Assembly: GCA_030704615.1 (NCBI GenBank)
Contig: CM060732.1
Coordinates: 54,374,001 to 54,438,000, forward strand
Length of the DNA stretch: 64,000 bases
Source: Takakia lepidozioides
Taxonomy: Eukaryota > Plantae > Bryophyta
Direction: 5' to 3'
The notes beneath the pieces were generated by a model. It was not told where the DNA came from. It saw only the letters and a program-made list of their open reading frames with translations, and searched no databases. A program made the translations under genes and the position numbers. Each line of letters opens with the position of its first letter. Within the stretch, counting starts at the first letter, position 1. This document shows, one piece after another, positions 11,701-25,103 of the stretch.

Positions 11701-14700
11701 TGCAGACGTGAAGGTCAGCACTCTAATGACCTTGACGACCCTTCTAGGTGTGCTCTGGATAAAATACTATGGAAGAGGCTGGGCATCAGAACAGTCAAAT
11801 GTGATTGGTGACTTAACCTGCTCATGTCTGGAAATGTTTGTGGTATTGCGAAGCTGTAATTGGCAAATGCTGATGGATGTTGTTGCAGGTTGCAGATTTT
11901 GGAGTTTCTGCCCAGTTGACACGCACAGTGTCTAAGCGCAAGGTATGGACTTCATTACCATGTGTCCTGTTTATTCAATTCTTACGACTATATCCATTAA
12001 CACATGAGTGTGCATTTGGAAGAAAAGGTGGTGGCAGATGTTTTGTGGGCACTTCAACTAGATGCCACAGCTTGTAACACGAAGTTGGGTTTTGGGTGTA
12101 GACCTTTGTTGGCACACCGTTTTGGATGGCTCCAGAGGTCATACAAAATTCAGATGGATACAATGAAAAGGTAAGGGTTTGTGACGAGCATGGTGAATTA
12201 TGGTTCATTCCATGAAGACAGACGTGGTCTCATACTAGGTAGTGAACAAGTGTGATTCTAACATATCTCATGTATTGACTGATGCCGAAATGTTTCTGCT
12301 TTTTTGTTCAAAATCCATTGCAAGACTAGGGATGAATAAGTAGGCTATGTAATTGAATATAGTTTATACCACAAGCAAAGGTGTTTGTGGGGGTTGACGA
12401 AATTTGCGGTTTCATGTTCAGGCAGACATATGGTCACTGGGAATAACTACAATTGAAATGGCTAAGGGGGAACCACCGTACGCCGATCTTCACCCTATGA
12501 GGGTTCTTTTTCTCATTCCAAAGAACAGCCCCCCTCAGGTTAGCCCATATCTGTGTACAGTTTGGCTTGTTGCTTATTGAACATTGTACAGAGAAGATAC
12601 CACAGGCACTCACTTTTCGTGATTGAGGATGCTTTAGAGGCAACCAACATGTATTCTATATATGATCGGTGTTCAGGAGGAGGGACCAGAAGTCATCACT
12701 GCAGAGTATCAATGAGCACCTGACAGAGAGGTCTTATGGTTGGGAGGATAGAAGCTTACAAACCTTTTCTATAGTAGAGCTTCTGCATGGAAATTATGCT
12801 TAGAAATTCTTCTCATTCTAATGACATGGATTGAGAGAGTGCTCTTGGAAACTTCGATTTGGAGATGTTGAGATTTGTGGGATAATTTTGTGCATGGATG
12901 GATGGCACACAGCTTGATGATCATTTTTCCCGACCAATGAAGGAGTTTGTTTCATTATGTCTCAAGAAGAACCCTGCCGAGGTATGCTACCCTGGCGAGT
13001 GTCGTGTGCAGGCTTAGATGGGAAGTACACCAGCAGTTCAAGAAAACATAGTTGATTTGACTGCAGCCAATGTTTGCTTTCAGATTTAGAGAACTTGTGA
13101 TTTCTTTTCTTGGAAGTCAGAATAATGTCACTGGCAAGTTCGTGAGCAAAACAAGACCAGTTTGGATGGTCGTGCAGTGGTGCAATGGTGCTGTGCCCTC
13201 CCATGTATGGAGGACAAATTGTATCAGATACGAGTGCCTATGAAGGTGCCTGTTTGAAGGTGCAACAATAGTGGTGTAGTGGGAGGGAGGGTTATTCTTA
13301 AAGCACTCATCATGACAGCCTTGTTTGAAGGCAATATTTGATGGGGCTAAAAAGTAATTTTGGTTACGTTGTCCAGAATAATCCTAGTAATTCCACATTT
13401 TGGGAAAGTCTATCCTTTGACAGTTTCCATCAAGCTATCTGACTTGTTGACGATCTCCCTCTATGGCAGTTATCTTCCATCATTAGTTTGGAGCATTGAG
13501 ACAGGGAGCAACTTGTCATTGTTTTCTTGACATTGGAAAAGCCACATCTGTCGAGAGTTTCGAGTGTACTTTTCAATAGAGTTTCCGATTTTAAACTTGT
13601 TGCAACTCTTCTGGATACCTGATGCATTTAAACAGAGGCCTAGTGCAAAGGAATTACTGAGGCACCGATTTCTGAAGAATGCTCGAAAGAGCTCAAGGCT
13701 TCTTGAGAGGATAAGGTCAGCTAATGAATAGTGTTACCGCATGTGATTCCATTTTACATAAATCTGTGTTTCTGCAGGTCAGATAATTTCATCCCAGTCA
13801 ACCTAATTTGTTTTGCCCGTATGGTTTTGCTTTATCTTGAAATTGCAGTGCTAAAGCACTTAGACTTATGGCTAATGGTTTGGGATGCAAGTATTATAGA
13901 GCTTAGAACAATTGCTGAAGGAAGGTCTTTTCAAAGATTGGTCCTGTTTGGACTCGGTCCTCTTTGAGATCTTAAGGAAGGTCTATGTAACGGACAATTT
14001 GATGCTGTGATTCCTGCAGGGAACGGCCGAAGTCGCATGTGGGCAAAAGCAAGGACTTGCCCAGGTCAAATGAAGCCTTTGAAAATGATGCTGGCAACAA
14101 AGGAAAGGTGATCAAGGGTGACAATGGTGAACCCCTTCTTTTGAGGTATTTCATGACTGCTTTGTTCTTTCTTTATCTGCAAGGATGTCATTGATTTGTC
14201 CCAGACTGATTGCAACTCCGCTTTTGGCGTTGACATACATCAAATTCATTCCTGATCTGAAGATGTTGTAGATGTTGGATGCATGGCAGGTCACTGTCAA
14301 ATAGCCCCTTTCATTGTAAAAACCTCCCAACATTAACATTAGTTGGGCGGGAGTTGTGAACCAAATTCAGTGTTTGGTGCAGTGCAGTATGGTGAAGCAA
14401 GACAACAGTGACAAGGAATGCATATTGAGGCTTTGAGTTTGAGCTTGTCATGTGGTTGTGATTGTGACAACAGTAGGCTCAGAGCTATGAGGAATGCAAG
14501 CTGGGACTTTGGCACTGGGACAATTCATAGCACTGGAACAATACGAAGTGCCATGAAGCCCTTGTATGGACAGGCGGAAGGCAGTCCCGAGGGAAGTGCG
14601 GCGTCCAGACCGTCCTCCAGTCAAGAACTGCCGAGCATCTTGGTTGACACAGAGCGTGATTGGCAAATGATTGCAGGACTGACAGGCAATGCTTCTGTCA

Positions 14701-17371
14701 ATGGTGATATGGTAGAGGGCCTTCCTGAATCTCAAGAAAAAGAGGCAGAAATATTCTCACCTGGAGACAATGTGAGTTAGACTTCATAGCTGTGGTTGCT
14801 GCAAGGCTATGTATCTTCTTGTGTTCACCCACTCGTAGAAAAAAGGGAGGAATGGCACGGAGAGAGGGCAACAGAAAAGGCAGGGATATTTGCAGGCCAT
14901 GCATGCTTGCGTTTAGCCTTAGGAGGCTATGTGGGGCAAAGGTGGGGTCCAGCATATCTTAGCTGCTCTTGATGTGCAATTGGCAGGGAAGCTTGTCTGT
15001 CAGCAATTCTGGGACGATTGTGATGTCTCGCTCTCCAAAAGCACGCCCATCTCTGTTGTCATTGTCAACTGTTCTGGTAGTCTCTTTTCCCTGTATGCTT
15101 GTTCTCTTTCCCCATTTCCTTTGAGTCCTTCTGTTGTGTGATGCAATTAGTATTGGAGCAGAGGGATGGCTGATTATCTTGGCCTGTGGAACTCTTCTGC
15201 TAGGAATCGACTACTGTATGGTCAGGAAATGCTATGAATCATGAAATTGGTGTTTCCTTCATGTGTTTTTGTGCAACTTCTTAGAACTTCTTTGATAATG
15301 GGTATCAGGCAAACAGCGCAGCAGAGGTGCCGAATGAAGACAGTTCTGAGATGTTCGCAAGCGGCACCATTGTCCGTAGCAGTACACCTGATGAGGCAGC
15401 TTCTGAGCGTGGGACCCCTAAGTTGAAACAATCTCCTCGGGAAGGTCCGTTCTCAGCTCGAGAAGACAGTGCAACAAACCTTGCTGAGGTTTGTGTCATC
15501 CTTGTGCTCCTGTAGGTTCACTCCATGCTTTTGGGGACTAGGCGGTTGCAGAAGCGAGGAGGAAGAGTTGCGCTAAATGTTGCACTTATCCTTTGCCTGT
15601 TGCCTGTAAAGTATATGAGTAGCCTTTTCCCGGGTAAGAACTATGGATTATACTACATTATTGTATCCACCATCTTATTTGTATGAACTGTGGTGGGTGC
15701 CAGATGTGCAGTTAGTTATAAGCACTAGTTGCCTCACTGAGATGAGTTCTTGATTTCCTGCAGGCAAAAGCGGCATTGCAGGCTGCTTCAAGAAAAGTAA
15801 ATATGAGAGTTCCTTCTATCAAGCTGCGGAAGGAGATACACGACAAGAATACAGACCAGGGAAGGTAAAGCAGCCAAATACCAAGTTACCATAGTTGCAC
15901 TTCAATCACCAACACCTTCACAGCTTTGTATATGTGGTTTGAAGTTCACATAGAAGGGTGTCTTGGCGACTGTCTCCAGCAGGCATGGTCCAATGCATGT
16001 TTATCACTAGGTGCGTAAGCTGAGTTGACATGATGTCTGTGGATCACTGTCTCAGAGAGGACCGTAGTGAGAGGGAGACACCCAGGGCCACACCCAGGGC
16101 AGGCAGGAGGTCAAGTGAAGATGAGGATGCTGCCCGAGCTGCAGCAGCAGGGGCATCTCCTGCTCTTTCTTTGCTACTCATCCCTGCACTGAAAGAGGTG
16201 CAGTCTGTGAAGCCTAGAATATCAAGTTATTGGTGGTTCCAGAAGCATGCAGTGTTGTTCTCTGGAGACTACTTTGGTTCATGACTTAGGAAATTGTTTC
16301 GATTGCTGTGAGCCCAGTGGGGAGAGGCTTTCTTTTTCACTGACCTCTTGCAGCATACTGTCTGCCTGGTGTCCCCACCTATTTGGACTTTTCCTGCGAT
16401 TGAGGGATAGACAGAGACACGAGCGGTTGGGGAGAGGGGGACAAGTACTGAGGATAGACATGGTTGGGATGTGCAGACAGCGGCTGAGCAATCAGAGGGG
16501 CCAGCATTGAGGGCTGCAGCAGATGCCGCTGATGCGCTGATGGACCTGGAGCGCTTGGCCCCTGGTGCTTGTGAAGTTCTTGTTGGCAAGCTCATTCAGC
16601 GGCTAGCCAGGTCTGGACATCTGTGAGCCCCTTCAATAAACAACAGGCTTTAGCAGGACACCCTGACTGGTGTTGGATCGGATTATGACCAGGGCTGCCC
16701 AATTTATTTGTTTCACATCAATGGTTTGGAATTGGTTCAACAGTTTGTTTACGAAGCATGCAAATGTTGTTGAGTTGTTCTTATCACATGGGTCCCTTAC
16801 ATGATGGTCCTTAGGAAATTTGGATCAGATAGATGGTATTGGTTGTTGTGACATTGCTTCCCCCAAGAGATTCTGCTTATGAGAAACCTCAGAAGTATAG
16901 GGGTGACGGTTTGATGTTGTCAGTATTTCATTTCCACTGGGGTGACTGAAGCAGAAATTTCCAATGTGGTCTGTACAGCACGGAGGAGGAATCAGTGAAG
17001 GGGCTACATATGCTTGCACGCCGCGTGCTCACAGCAGAGGGTGCGAGGGAAGGGAATGGGACTCATCCCTTTGGACATGGGAAGACTGGTTTTGGCAAAA
17101 GTCGGCATAGCACAGATGGGCCTGATAGTTCCGGTTTGAGTCCTGTGGCTACATTTCTACTCTCTAGGTTTGTGCCTAGCTCTCGGTTGCACCTTGTGTT
17201 ATATTCAAACACTTCATTGATTTTCCCATCAAGTTGGCTTTACATGTTAGAGTACATCTGGTGAAGCATGTGATGGTAGTGTGGTACAGCATGGAGTTAT
17301 TAAAGCTTGTGCCACATTGTTTGCGCAGGTGGCAGAACCAGTTATCAAGAGACTTGAGTGCAAGCCAATAG
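8706..17371 (+). CDS. STE20-family MAP4K alpha-type Ser/Thr kinase, about 686 aa, 19 coding exons
   Basis: Exons 8706-8782, 9800-9856, 10754-10781, 11044-11166, 11278-11389, 11676-11713, 11889-11942, 12102-12170, 12422-12538, 12913-12981, 13636-13715, 14020-14145, 14474-14771, 15285-15488, 15764-15864, 16056-16197, 16477-16610, 16979-17167, 17329-17371. All introns are GT-AG and the total of 2061 nt is in frame. Motifs: [26 protein letters not shown] and the STE20 signature [10 protein letters not shown]. Boundaries of the non-catalytic exons are less certain. Confidence 0.93.
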
Positions 17372-19304
17372 TAAACGGCAACCACTACGTATGATTTATC
17401 CTGTGCCTTCCCCAGGTGCAGGGATTATGATCTTGGGTATTAGTTGGGGTAGGAATGAACTTCAGGAGATCTGTGGTTTGCCAGAGTAGATGTATAAATG
17501 TAGAGTATAATATGGACAGGGATTGATGCTAAGAGATTTGGGCATTTTAAGCCAGTCCATTAGATGTGCAGTCAGACTACCACTCTTGTAGCATAGGTTT
17601 CACCTACATGTAGGTGAATGGCCGCTTAGTGGCCCTTTCTTGTTTCAAGTCAAAGGTGACTGAGGTTGGAATAGGGTGATTGGAGAAAGTAAGGACTGTG
17701 GAGATGAAAGCTCAGTTGCCACTGAGCAATGTTAATGTGACCATCAAACATGCGGGCTCCTCGACGGGGGACTTCATGAAGCCTAGTGAGATAATCCTTG
17801 ACGCTGGACGACAGGAGGACAAGTTGAAAATTACGTGCTTTTCCACAATTCAAGTAGCTGTACAGAAGCTCGTGGCTTAAGAGACATGGGGGAGTGTCAG
17901 AGGTAAATCTAGGTATCTGATTGGCTTGTCTTGTCTTGGTGGTCCTATACCTCAGATAGGAGGGATGGAGGTGAAAGGAAGTTATTTACTTGTCATCTCG
18001 TATGCGAAGCAGTTGTAATAATAGCTTTGTACTTGCTCTGCAAAGCCGATGTCTATTGCTAAGACTGACTGCTACAGACTGTGGAACTGTAGTATGAGAA
18101 GGCAGAGGTGAGAAAAAGACTGAGATTCCATTGCGTGATGGTAAGGGGCAAGGAGACGGGGAACAAGTGTTTCTCAGGCATTGTAATAGTGGTTGGTCTT
18201 CTGGAAAATGAGGCGCATTGCAGCCCATGATTTAGTCTGAAGGGTGTCATCATCATCAATGTGCTAACGAATGGCTTAAACAACCAGTACTAGTATGTGG
18301 GTCTGGTGTCCAGGACCCCAGCTATCCCCAATGAAAATAAGTTCTTTGAGCTGATTGCAGATTCCAAGGTTCATAACCTTTTAGGGTATCTAAGCTATAC
18401 CAAGGGAGTTCAGAGTTCTTTTAGAGCTACATCTGGACAACTACATACATTCGAGTTTCAATGGTTAAAATGATTGATGACATCGCAGAATGGATATTAG
18501 GAGACTCATTGGCAAAATCTAAGAGGTATTCTCGAAAAGCTGGTCTAGTGTTGGTAAGTTTTATGATTTGGTATCCAAACTAATATAAAGACAGTTTAGT
18601 ATGTCTTAGAGATGTGCAGACAGCGATCCATCTGAAGTCATGTGAATGATAGCTTGATAAATTTATAGCCGGCCACTAAGAAACAGAGGGAGATTGATGA
18701 GTGGTTCACTAGTCATGGAACAAGATCTAATCTGTTACCTGGAAGCAGAAATCTGACAAATTTTCAGGTTTTTATGGAGCTGAAGAGCTTCAGGACAAGG
18801 TTTGTTTCTACAAATGATGTCATCAACAACGCCACTGCCTCTTTTCAGCCACTCGTGTTCTGATACAAAATGGAGATCAACTCATGACCCGCATTAAGTT
18901 TGGTCATACACTTCATCCAATCATTGCCTAAAGTTGAAGGAAATTGCCAGCCGTGCAGCTTGACAGAGAGTTTGTTGTTTTATGGTTGTTTCAAAGTCCA
19001 GCTTGAGCAGCCAGCGGAAATGAGAGTCATTTCCCCTTGCAACTTCTAAGTTCGGGGTTGGGCAGCTTTAGTAATTTATGGTCCCTCTTTGCTGCATGGA
19101 TGACACTTTCTTTTTGAGCACTTTGAGTGGTGCTCTTTCCTGCTCAACGGTAAACTAACTTTGATCAGTCACAGGCACTTCGAGCAGTCAATTTTGATCA
19201 GTCACAGTCACTTTGATAGGTCAATTTTGTCTCCACAGTGATGGGTACTAGCGCCCAAGATCGTTCAAACAGTGGCAAAGGTACTAGTAAAAGAGAAACA
19301 AGCT

Positions 19305-19714
19305 GCATTGGCAGCTCAAGAACCTGCCTCTGAGCCTCTTTGCTTGTTTCATTGTACTTGCCAAGGAGTCTTACCTAGAAGAGAACACCCTACAGCGAAA
19401 CATGGTTTTAGACGTTACCTGTTTCTGGCTTGTCTCAATTAGGACCAGTAGGCCTACCACTTACTGGATACAAGGTTGCAGGGATACAGTGCACGCAGCC
19501 TGACAGTAAGCATTGGCAGCTCAAGAACCTGCCTCTGAGCCTCTTTGCTTGTTTCATTGTACTTGCCAAGGAGTCTTACCTAGAAGAGAACACCCTACAG
19601 CGAAACATGGTTTTAGACGTTACCTGTTTCTGGCTTGTCTCAATTAGGACCAGTAGGCCTACCACTTACTGGATACAAGGTTGCAGGGATACAGTGCACG
19701 CAGCCTGACAGTAA
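19305..19714. repeat. Perfect 205-bp tandem duplication
   Basis: 19305-19509 equals 19510-19714 by eye, with gcat microhomology at the junctions. Confidence 0.92.
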
Positions 19715-20579
19715 GCATGGCAAGGTGTGGGTGTGAAGTGCGAAGCTCAACACATGTGTGATGTTGTCAGAGAAGCTGCCCTGCAGCCATTCTGCCGTGC
19801 GAGCTAAGTGCCGACAAAAGACTGCCTCACACGCAGCTCATCAAATCGGTCTTCGTCGCCAGATATCCCATCTGCTGGCAAGTGACGGTATGCAACTGCT
19901 GAACTTGCTGCAACTTTGTAAGTCTAAACAATAAGTGCATGGAATACATGCAAGCCCTACCCTATCAATTACTGAATAGGCTGTAAAGATGATCTGAGTA
20001 GTAGATCACCAGTGCTTACACTGCCTGGAACATTCCATGACCTGGATCTGCCAGTTTTTTGCAATTGGTATCCTTTGTGCATGTCTCTCTTCTGACCCAA
20101 TAAACTACATCCTGTCCACCTATTCCATCCATCTATACATATGGATGAAATATTCCAGCTTCACAATCAAAACTGCATGGAGAATATCCGTACTAAGCAT
20201 CAAAACCCTTTGAGTAGTCCTGCCTTGGGAAGGCAGGGCCAATAAAGTGCATACATATTATAGAAGATGAAATGGATGGAAGAGGAGAGAAATTGTTTTC
20301 TCCCTTGCGTGGTAAGGGCAGAAGCCTCCTCACGTGGTTGTGGGTTCAAAACAGTGTTGCACTGGTATATAGGGTCTGGCCGGGTATCAACCAGGGTATT
20401 GAATAACCGACCCGGCTGATATTGGCAATTCCAATACTATGGTTGATAACCGGACCGGCTGGTATTGCCAAGACAATACCCGGACTTGGACCCGTATTAT
20501 GGGCAAAAATAAGGACTATACAATGGTATGAATAGGAAATTGGGCGGGTGCACATGATCTCAGGGTTAGGTAAGAGCAC

Positions 20580-21420
20580 ATGTAGGGCGGGCCCGCCCCT
20601 ATTCTTTTTTGTTTACGTAATGCAAACTCTGAATTGGGAGTTGAATGCTCACATGCGAAGCTTGCCGGTTCGGAGCTAACCGGAGGGCCCCGTGGGTCCG
20701 CGGTCAAACCCTCACCCCCCCCTTCCCTCGTGTATGCTTCACGCCCATCCGAGGGTCCTGCGCTCCATGTTCCCGCCCCGCCACTCCCCTGCTCCCCGCT
20801 CCCCCACTCCCTTGTTATTGGAGCGGCGAAGCAGTAAAACAGGGGAGCAATAGCACAAATGAGCTGAGAGTAGTAACAAGGAGCGGTAACAGGGGAGCAG
20901 CGGAGCAATAACACAGGGGAGCAAAGAGACATGGGGGAGCGATATGTATGTGGGAACAGGGGAGCTGCGATTGGGAACAGGGGAGCGGAGATCCCCTCCT
21001 TGTTCCCATGCCCACTCCCTTATCCCTGTCCCTTGTCCTCGCTCCCCTATTCCCGGTCCGCGCTCCCTTCCTCACCCTGTGGAACACGGCTCGCTCCCCT
21101 GTTCCCGGTCCCCGGTCCCCTCCTCGTCCTATAGAATACGGCTCACTCCCCTGTTCTCGGTTCCCAGTCCCCTCCCACCCTATGGAATATGGCTCGTTCC
21201 CCTGTTCCCGGTCCCCGCTCCGCTCTTTGCGCTGTGGAACACGGCTCGCTCCCCTCTCGCTCCCCTGTCCCAATGGGGAGGAGCCGGGAACAAGGGAGCA
21301 AACTTGGAGAACGTTTGGGAACAGGGTCCTAAAAGTAGGGAGCATGAGGAGGGAGCATGAACATTCCCCACCTTCCCATATGGGGATGAGATTTGACTGG
21401 TAGGCTCTCGGGCCCCACCA
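20580..21420. repeat. GC-rich foldback-like repeat of inverted gctccc/gggagc arrays, with an internal ~52-bp x4 minisatellite (21079-21256)
   Basis: Alternating blocks of gctccc and gggagc. The unit (g/a)tggaa(c/t)acggctcgctcccctgttcccggtcccc starts near 21079, 21131, 21182 and 21235. Confidence 0.65.
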
Positions 21421-21770
21421 TCTCACACGTTTGCCTTAAACTCGTTGGGTATACGTAGTCTATTCCCTGATATATGCTGTTTTGAAGGCTTTCAGTGACC
21501 CAATAAAAAACAGTCGACTGAATTCGAAACAACCATAAAAGGTTTCTCATGTTAATGGAAAACTTAGGGGAAACATTCAAATGAGCTAGTGTTATCGGAA
21601 GACACATAGTGAACATTGATGAAAGAAAATGTTCATGTGACTGTAATGTAATATTCAATGAAACTATAACAATGGAATGCCAGATTTGAGGAATATATAA
21701 TCCAAGCTTTAGGGCTTGGGGAATTGGTATTATATGAGGAAAAAGTTAGTTGTGGGGAAAAAGTTAAAAC

Positions 21771-24274
21771 AGAGAAAGAGAGAGAGAAGACTCCGACCGA
21801 AGCTGGCGTAACTAAGAGCCATTTCGTCTTGCGGCTATTGCCCCCTTTCAGGGGTGGGTGTCAAGGACGAGAACATGACTGAACACAAACAAGATATCAG
21901 ACTAGAGGTACAAGACTAGACAAATCAAGGTCGGTGTGGCCGAATGCATGATGGGTAATATGAATCAAGATGAGCTTTATAACAATGGACAAGAGTACAA
22001 GATACTGGAACTTGACTCGAATACTGGAATGCTGGGAACTGGACTGGGGTATTAGATACTGAAAACTGGACTGGAGTACTGGGACTGGGAACAAGAGTAG
22101 CTTGAACTTGTGTTGGCGGGATTGAAGAGTGTCCAGTCTCACCTCCTATATATACTGGCTACTATGAGGTTCCCTAAGAGGCTTCCCCAAAAGAGGTTTC
22201 TTGATGGAGAAGTTTCCAAGGTTAAACAAAGGTTTCTTGATGGAGAAGTTTCTTTAAACAAAAGAGGTATTTTGATAGAGAAGTTTCCTCCAAATGAAGC
22301 TTCCCGAGCAGTTTCCAAGTTACTTTCGGTAATTTGGTAAACTCTCGGTAACTTGGTAACTTATAGTAACTTATGGTAAATCATGATAGATCATGATAAC
22401 TTTCGATAGCATGGTAACTTGGTAACTTCTGATATTTATTCCTGATAAGTTCCTCTGGGCTATGTCCGTGACATCACCCCCTCCTCTAGCGCCGAGTTCC
22501 TTGAGGAGCAGTAAAATCTTGGACTTGCTTAGAGTTGGAGAAACTCTCTCCTTAATGTGTATCAGATACACTGAATGTGGAGTCTTCACCTTGATGGCTG
22601 ATATCTTCGTTGTGATGTTTTATTGACGTGTAGCTCGGGGATTAGCTGTATATCGTTGATGAAACTCTTGGACTTTGTCAGATGCATTGGCAAAGTTGGA
22701 TGAAGGTTCCCACGTTCGTTCGCTGATGTCGTAGCCTTTCCAATGTACGAAATATTCAAGACGTTTATACTTGATGCGAGAGTCTAGGAATTCGTCGACT
22801 TCATACTTGATTTCCTGATTGACTTCCATTGGTAGAGGTGGTACGGAAACTCTCCCTGGAATATTCGATGGATGATACAACTCCAATAATGAAACAAGAA
22901 AAACTAGATGGATGCGTATACTTGGGAGTTCAAGCCGAAAACTGACCGGATTTATTTGTCGAATAATTTTGAATGGTCCCAGACGTTGATAATCCAACTT
23001 CTTTTATGGTCACGAGGTTTGTATGTCCCGTCAAAGAAGCCACACACGATCTCCGACCTTGAACTGGGATTGGAGTTGACGATGTTGATCTGTATACTCC
23101 TTGTATTGTTTTTGAGCTTCTGCGAGGTGGAATGTAAGCTCCTTGTGAATCGTAGCAAGGTTTTCTGCAGCAGGGCTTCCAACAATCTTCATGTGGAAAT
23201 GATTTATTCGAGGATGATGACCATAATTGGAGAAAAATGAAGTTTGTTTGGTCGAAAAATGTGTAGTGTTGTTGTAGGCAAATTCAACCAATGACAGAAG
23301 GTCCGTCCAATTATCTTGGTGATAATTTATCGTACATCGAAGATACTGCTCCAAAATCTGGTTTACGCGTTCGATTTGACCATCAGTCTGTGCTAATCTT
23401 TGGTTCTCTCGTAATCTGTTGGAGAGGAACCGTTGTAGTAGGAGCTGTTGCAGTAGAGACTCGTATGGTTGAAGTTCCATTGTTCGACTCTTTTAATTCT
23501 GAAATTTGTTGTTGCAAATTGTGGAGGGCGTTGTCAAGATCTTGAGACTGATCAGCTTGTAATTGGGCGGTAGAGGTACGAAGTTCTTGCATCTGGAGCT
23601 GAAGACTCTGCAATGTGGCGACCATTTCCGCAAATGTGCCTTCCATCTTAACTAACTAAGGAACAAACTTTAGTCTCGTCAAACTGTCAAGGACGAGAAC
23701 ATGACTGAATACAAACAAGAGATCAGACTAGAGGTACAAGACTAGACAAATCAAGGTCGGCGTGGCCGAATGCATGATGGGTAATATGAATCAATATGAT
23801 CTTTATAATAATGGACAAAAGTACAAAATACTGGAACTCGACTCGAATACTGGAATGCTGGGAACTGGACTGGGGTATCAGATACTGAAAACTGGACTGG
23901 ATTACTGGGACTGGGAACAAGAGTAGCTTGAACTTGTGTTGGCGGGACTGAAGAGTGTCCAGTCTCGCCTCCTATATATACTGGCTACTAGGAGGTTCCC
24001 TAAGAGGCTTCCCTAAAAGAGGTTTCTTGATGGAGAAGTTTTTTTAAACAAATGAGGTATCTTGATAGAGAAGTTTCCTCCAAAGAAAGCTTCCCGAGCA
24101 GTTTCCCAAGTTACTCTCGGTAATTTGGTAAACTCCCGGTAACTTGATAACTAATGGTAACTTATGATAAATCATGATAGATCACGGTAATTTTCGGTAA
24201 CATGATAACTTGGTAACTTCTGGTATTTAATCCTGGTAAGTTCCTCTGGGCTATGTCCGTGACAGTGGGCCCTA
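21771..24274 (-). mobile_element. 87-nt-class mini-retroposon, copy 1, split by the LTR element
   Basis: 21771-21858 plus 24270-24274 is colinear with 25017-25103. Candidate TSD taaaac at 21765-21770 and 24275-24280. Confidence 0.75.
21859..24264 (-). mobile_element. Non-autonomous Ty3/gypsy chromovirus (Tcn1/Tf1-like) with a large internal deletion
   Basis: TG...CA LTRs at 23685-24264 (5') and 21859-22473 (3'), 5-bp TSD gtggg (21854-21858 and 24265-24269), and PPT aggagggggtga next to the 3' LTR. The 1.2-kb internal region holds the Gag N-terminus (ATG at 23646) joined to the integrase C-terminus (QTDGQIERVNQILEQYLR, GPF motif) and a chromodomain (YEVDEFLDSR...YFVHWKGY...TWEP), with frameshifts. 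Confidence 0.96.
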
Positions 24275-24324
24275 TAAAACCCTCATACATACCATAGAAA
24301 AAGAATATTTAATAATTAAGTAAT

Positions 24325-24577
24325 TTTCTTTTTCTTGTTTTAAAGGGAAATACATGGGAGCGACCGCTCACAAATCAGTCTCCTTAATTATAGTGAGAAG
24401 AGAAAATAACCTCTTTTATAGTAACCTCGCCATGAGGCGCCAAACACAAGGCTCTAGGGACACTGCCCAACTGAAGGGGAGAAGATTATACCACACCCGA
24501 CAAGGTAGCAGGATTTGAACCCAGACTCACATGGGTGGCACTCAGTGCTCTATCCAACTGAGCTACCGACTGGTGGT
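24325..24577 (-). mobile_element. tRNA-derived SINE family A, full-length uninterrupted copy
   Basis: On the minus strand: A-box tagctcagttgg, B-box ggttcaaatcc, a ~160-nt body and an A-rich tail. Candidate TSD agtaat at 24319-24324 and 24578-24583. Confidence 0.85.
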
Positions 24578-25016
24578 AGTAATATTGTAATATCATACAC
24601 ATAATAGCATTACGCCTACAAATGATAATGATGACTTGAGTTTACAAAGAGTTCCAGGTCTCATGCAATGTGGAAGTGTATAATCAGTCGCTGATGATTG
24701 ATGTGGTGTGTATCTTCTACAATGTTTCTACACCATCTACTCGTTTATATGAGTACATATACATAGATATTATGAATCATTTGTAAGATTATGATGTTCA
24801 TCTTGTTCCTTTACATCTTTCCGTTCTTGTGCTTTATGCTTCGAGCAATTTTGACGAGGTCGGCGATGAGCATAACTGCAGTCTCGCAATCATTTAGTAA
24901 ATGATACCCGTTCACAACAAGACATGCTTGTTGCACAAAACATTTTAGATTAAGCATCCATCTATTTCTTTATTGTACATAATACAAATTTGTATTGATG
25001 TTTTGGCCACTTTCTA

Positions 25017-25103
25017 GAGAGAGAGAGAGGACTCCGCCCGAGGCCAGCGTAACTAGAGTCACTTCGCCTTGCGGCTACTGCTCCCTTTCGGGGGTGGGCC
25101 CTA
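25017..25103 (-). mobile_element. 87-nt mini-retroposon, copy 2 (structured core plus (TC)n tail)
   Basis: Flanked by a perfect 13-bp TSD tggccactttcta (25004-25016 and 25104-25116). Homologous to the split copy at 21771. Confidence 0.85.

Noticed and set aside
20516-21426. Overlapping 138-203 aa ORFs on both strands
   Set aside because: By-products of a GC-rich repeat with few stop codons; the translations are low-complexity.
24500-24577. tRNA gene on the minus strand (A and B boxes, GCC anticodon-like loop)
   Set aside because: The acceptor and anticodon stems do not pair, and the sequence continues into a repeated body with an A-rich tail. It is a SINE head.
25017-25103. HDV-like or hammerhead assignment for the 87-nt element
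   Set aside because: GGCGAA resembles HDV J4/2, but no nested double pseudoknot can be drawn, and the junctions lack CUGANGA/GAAA.
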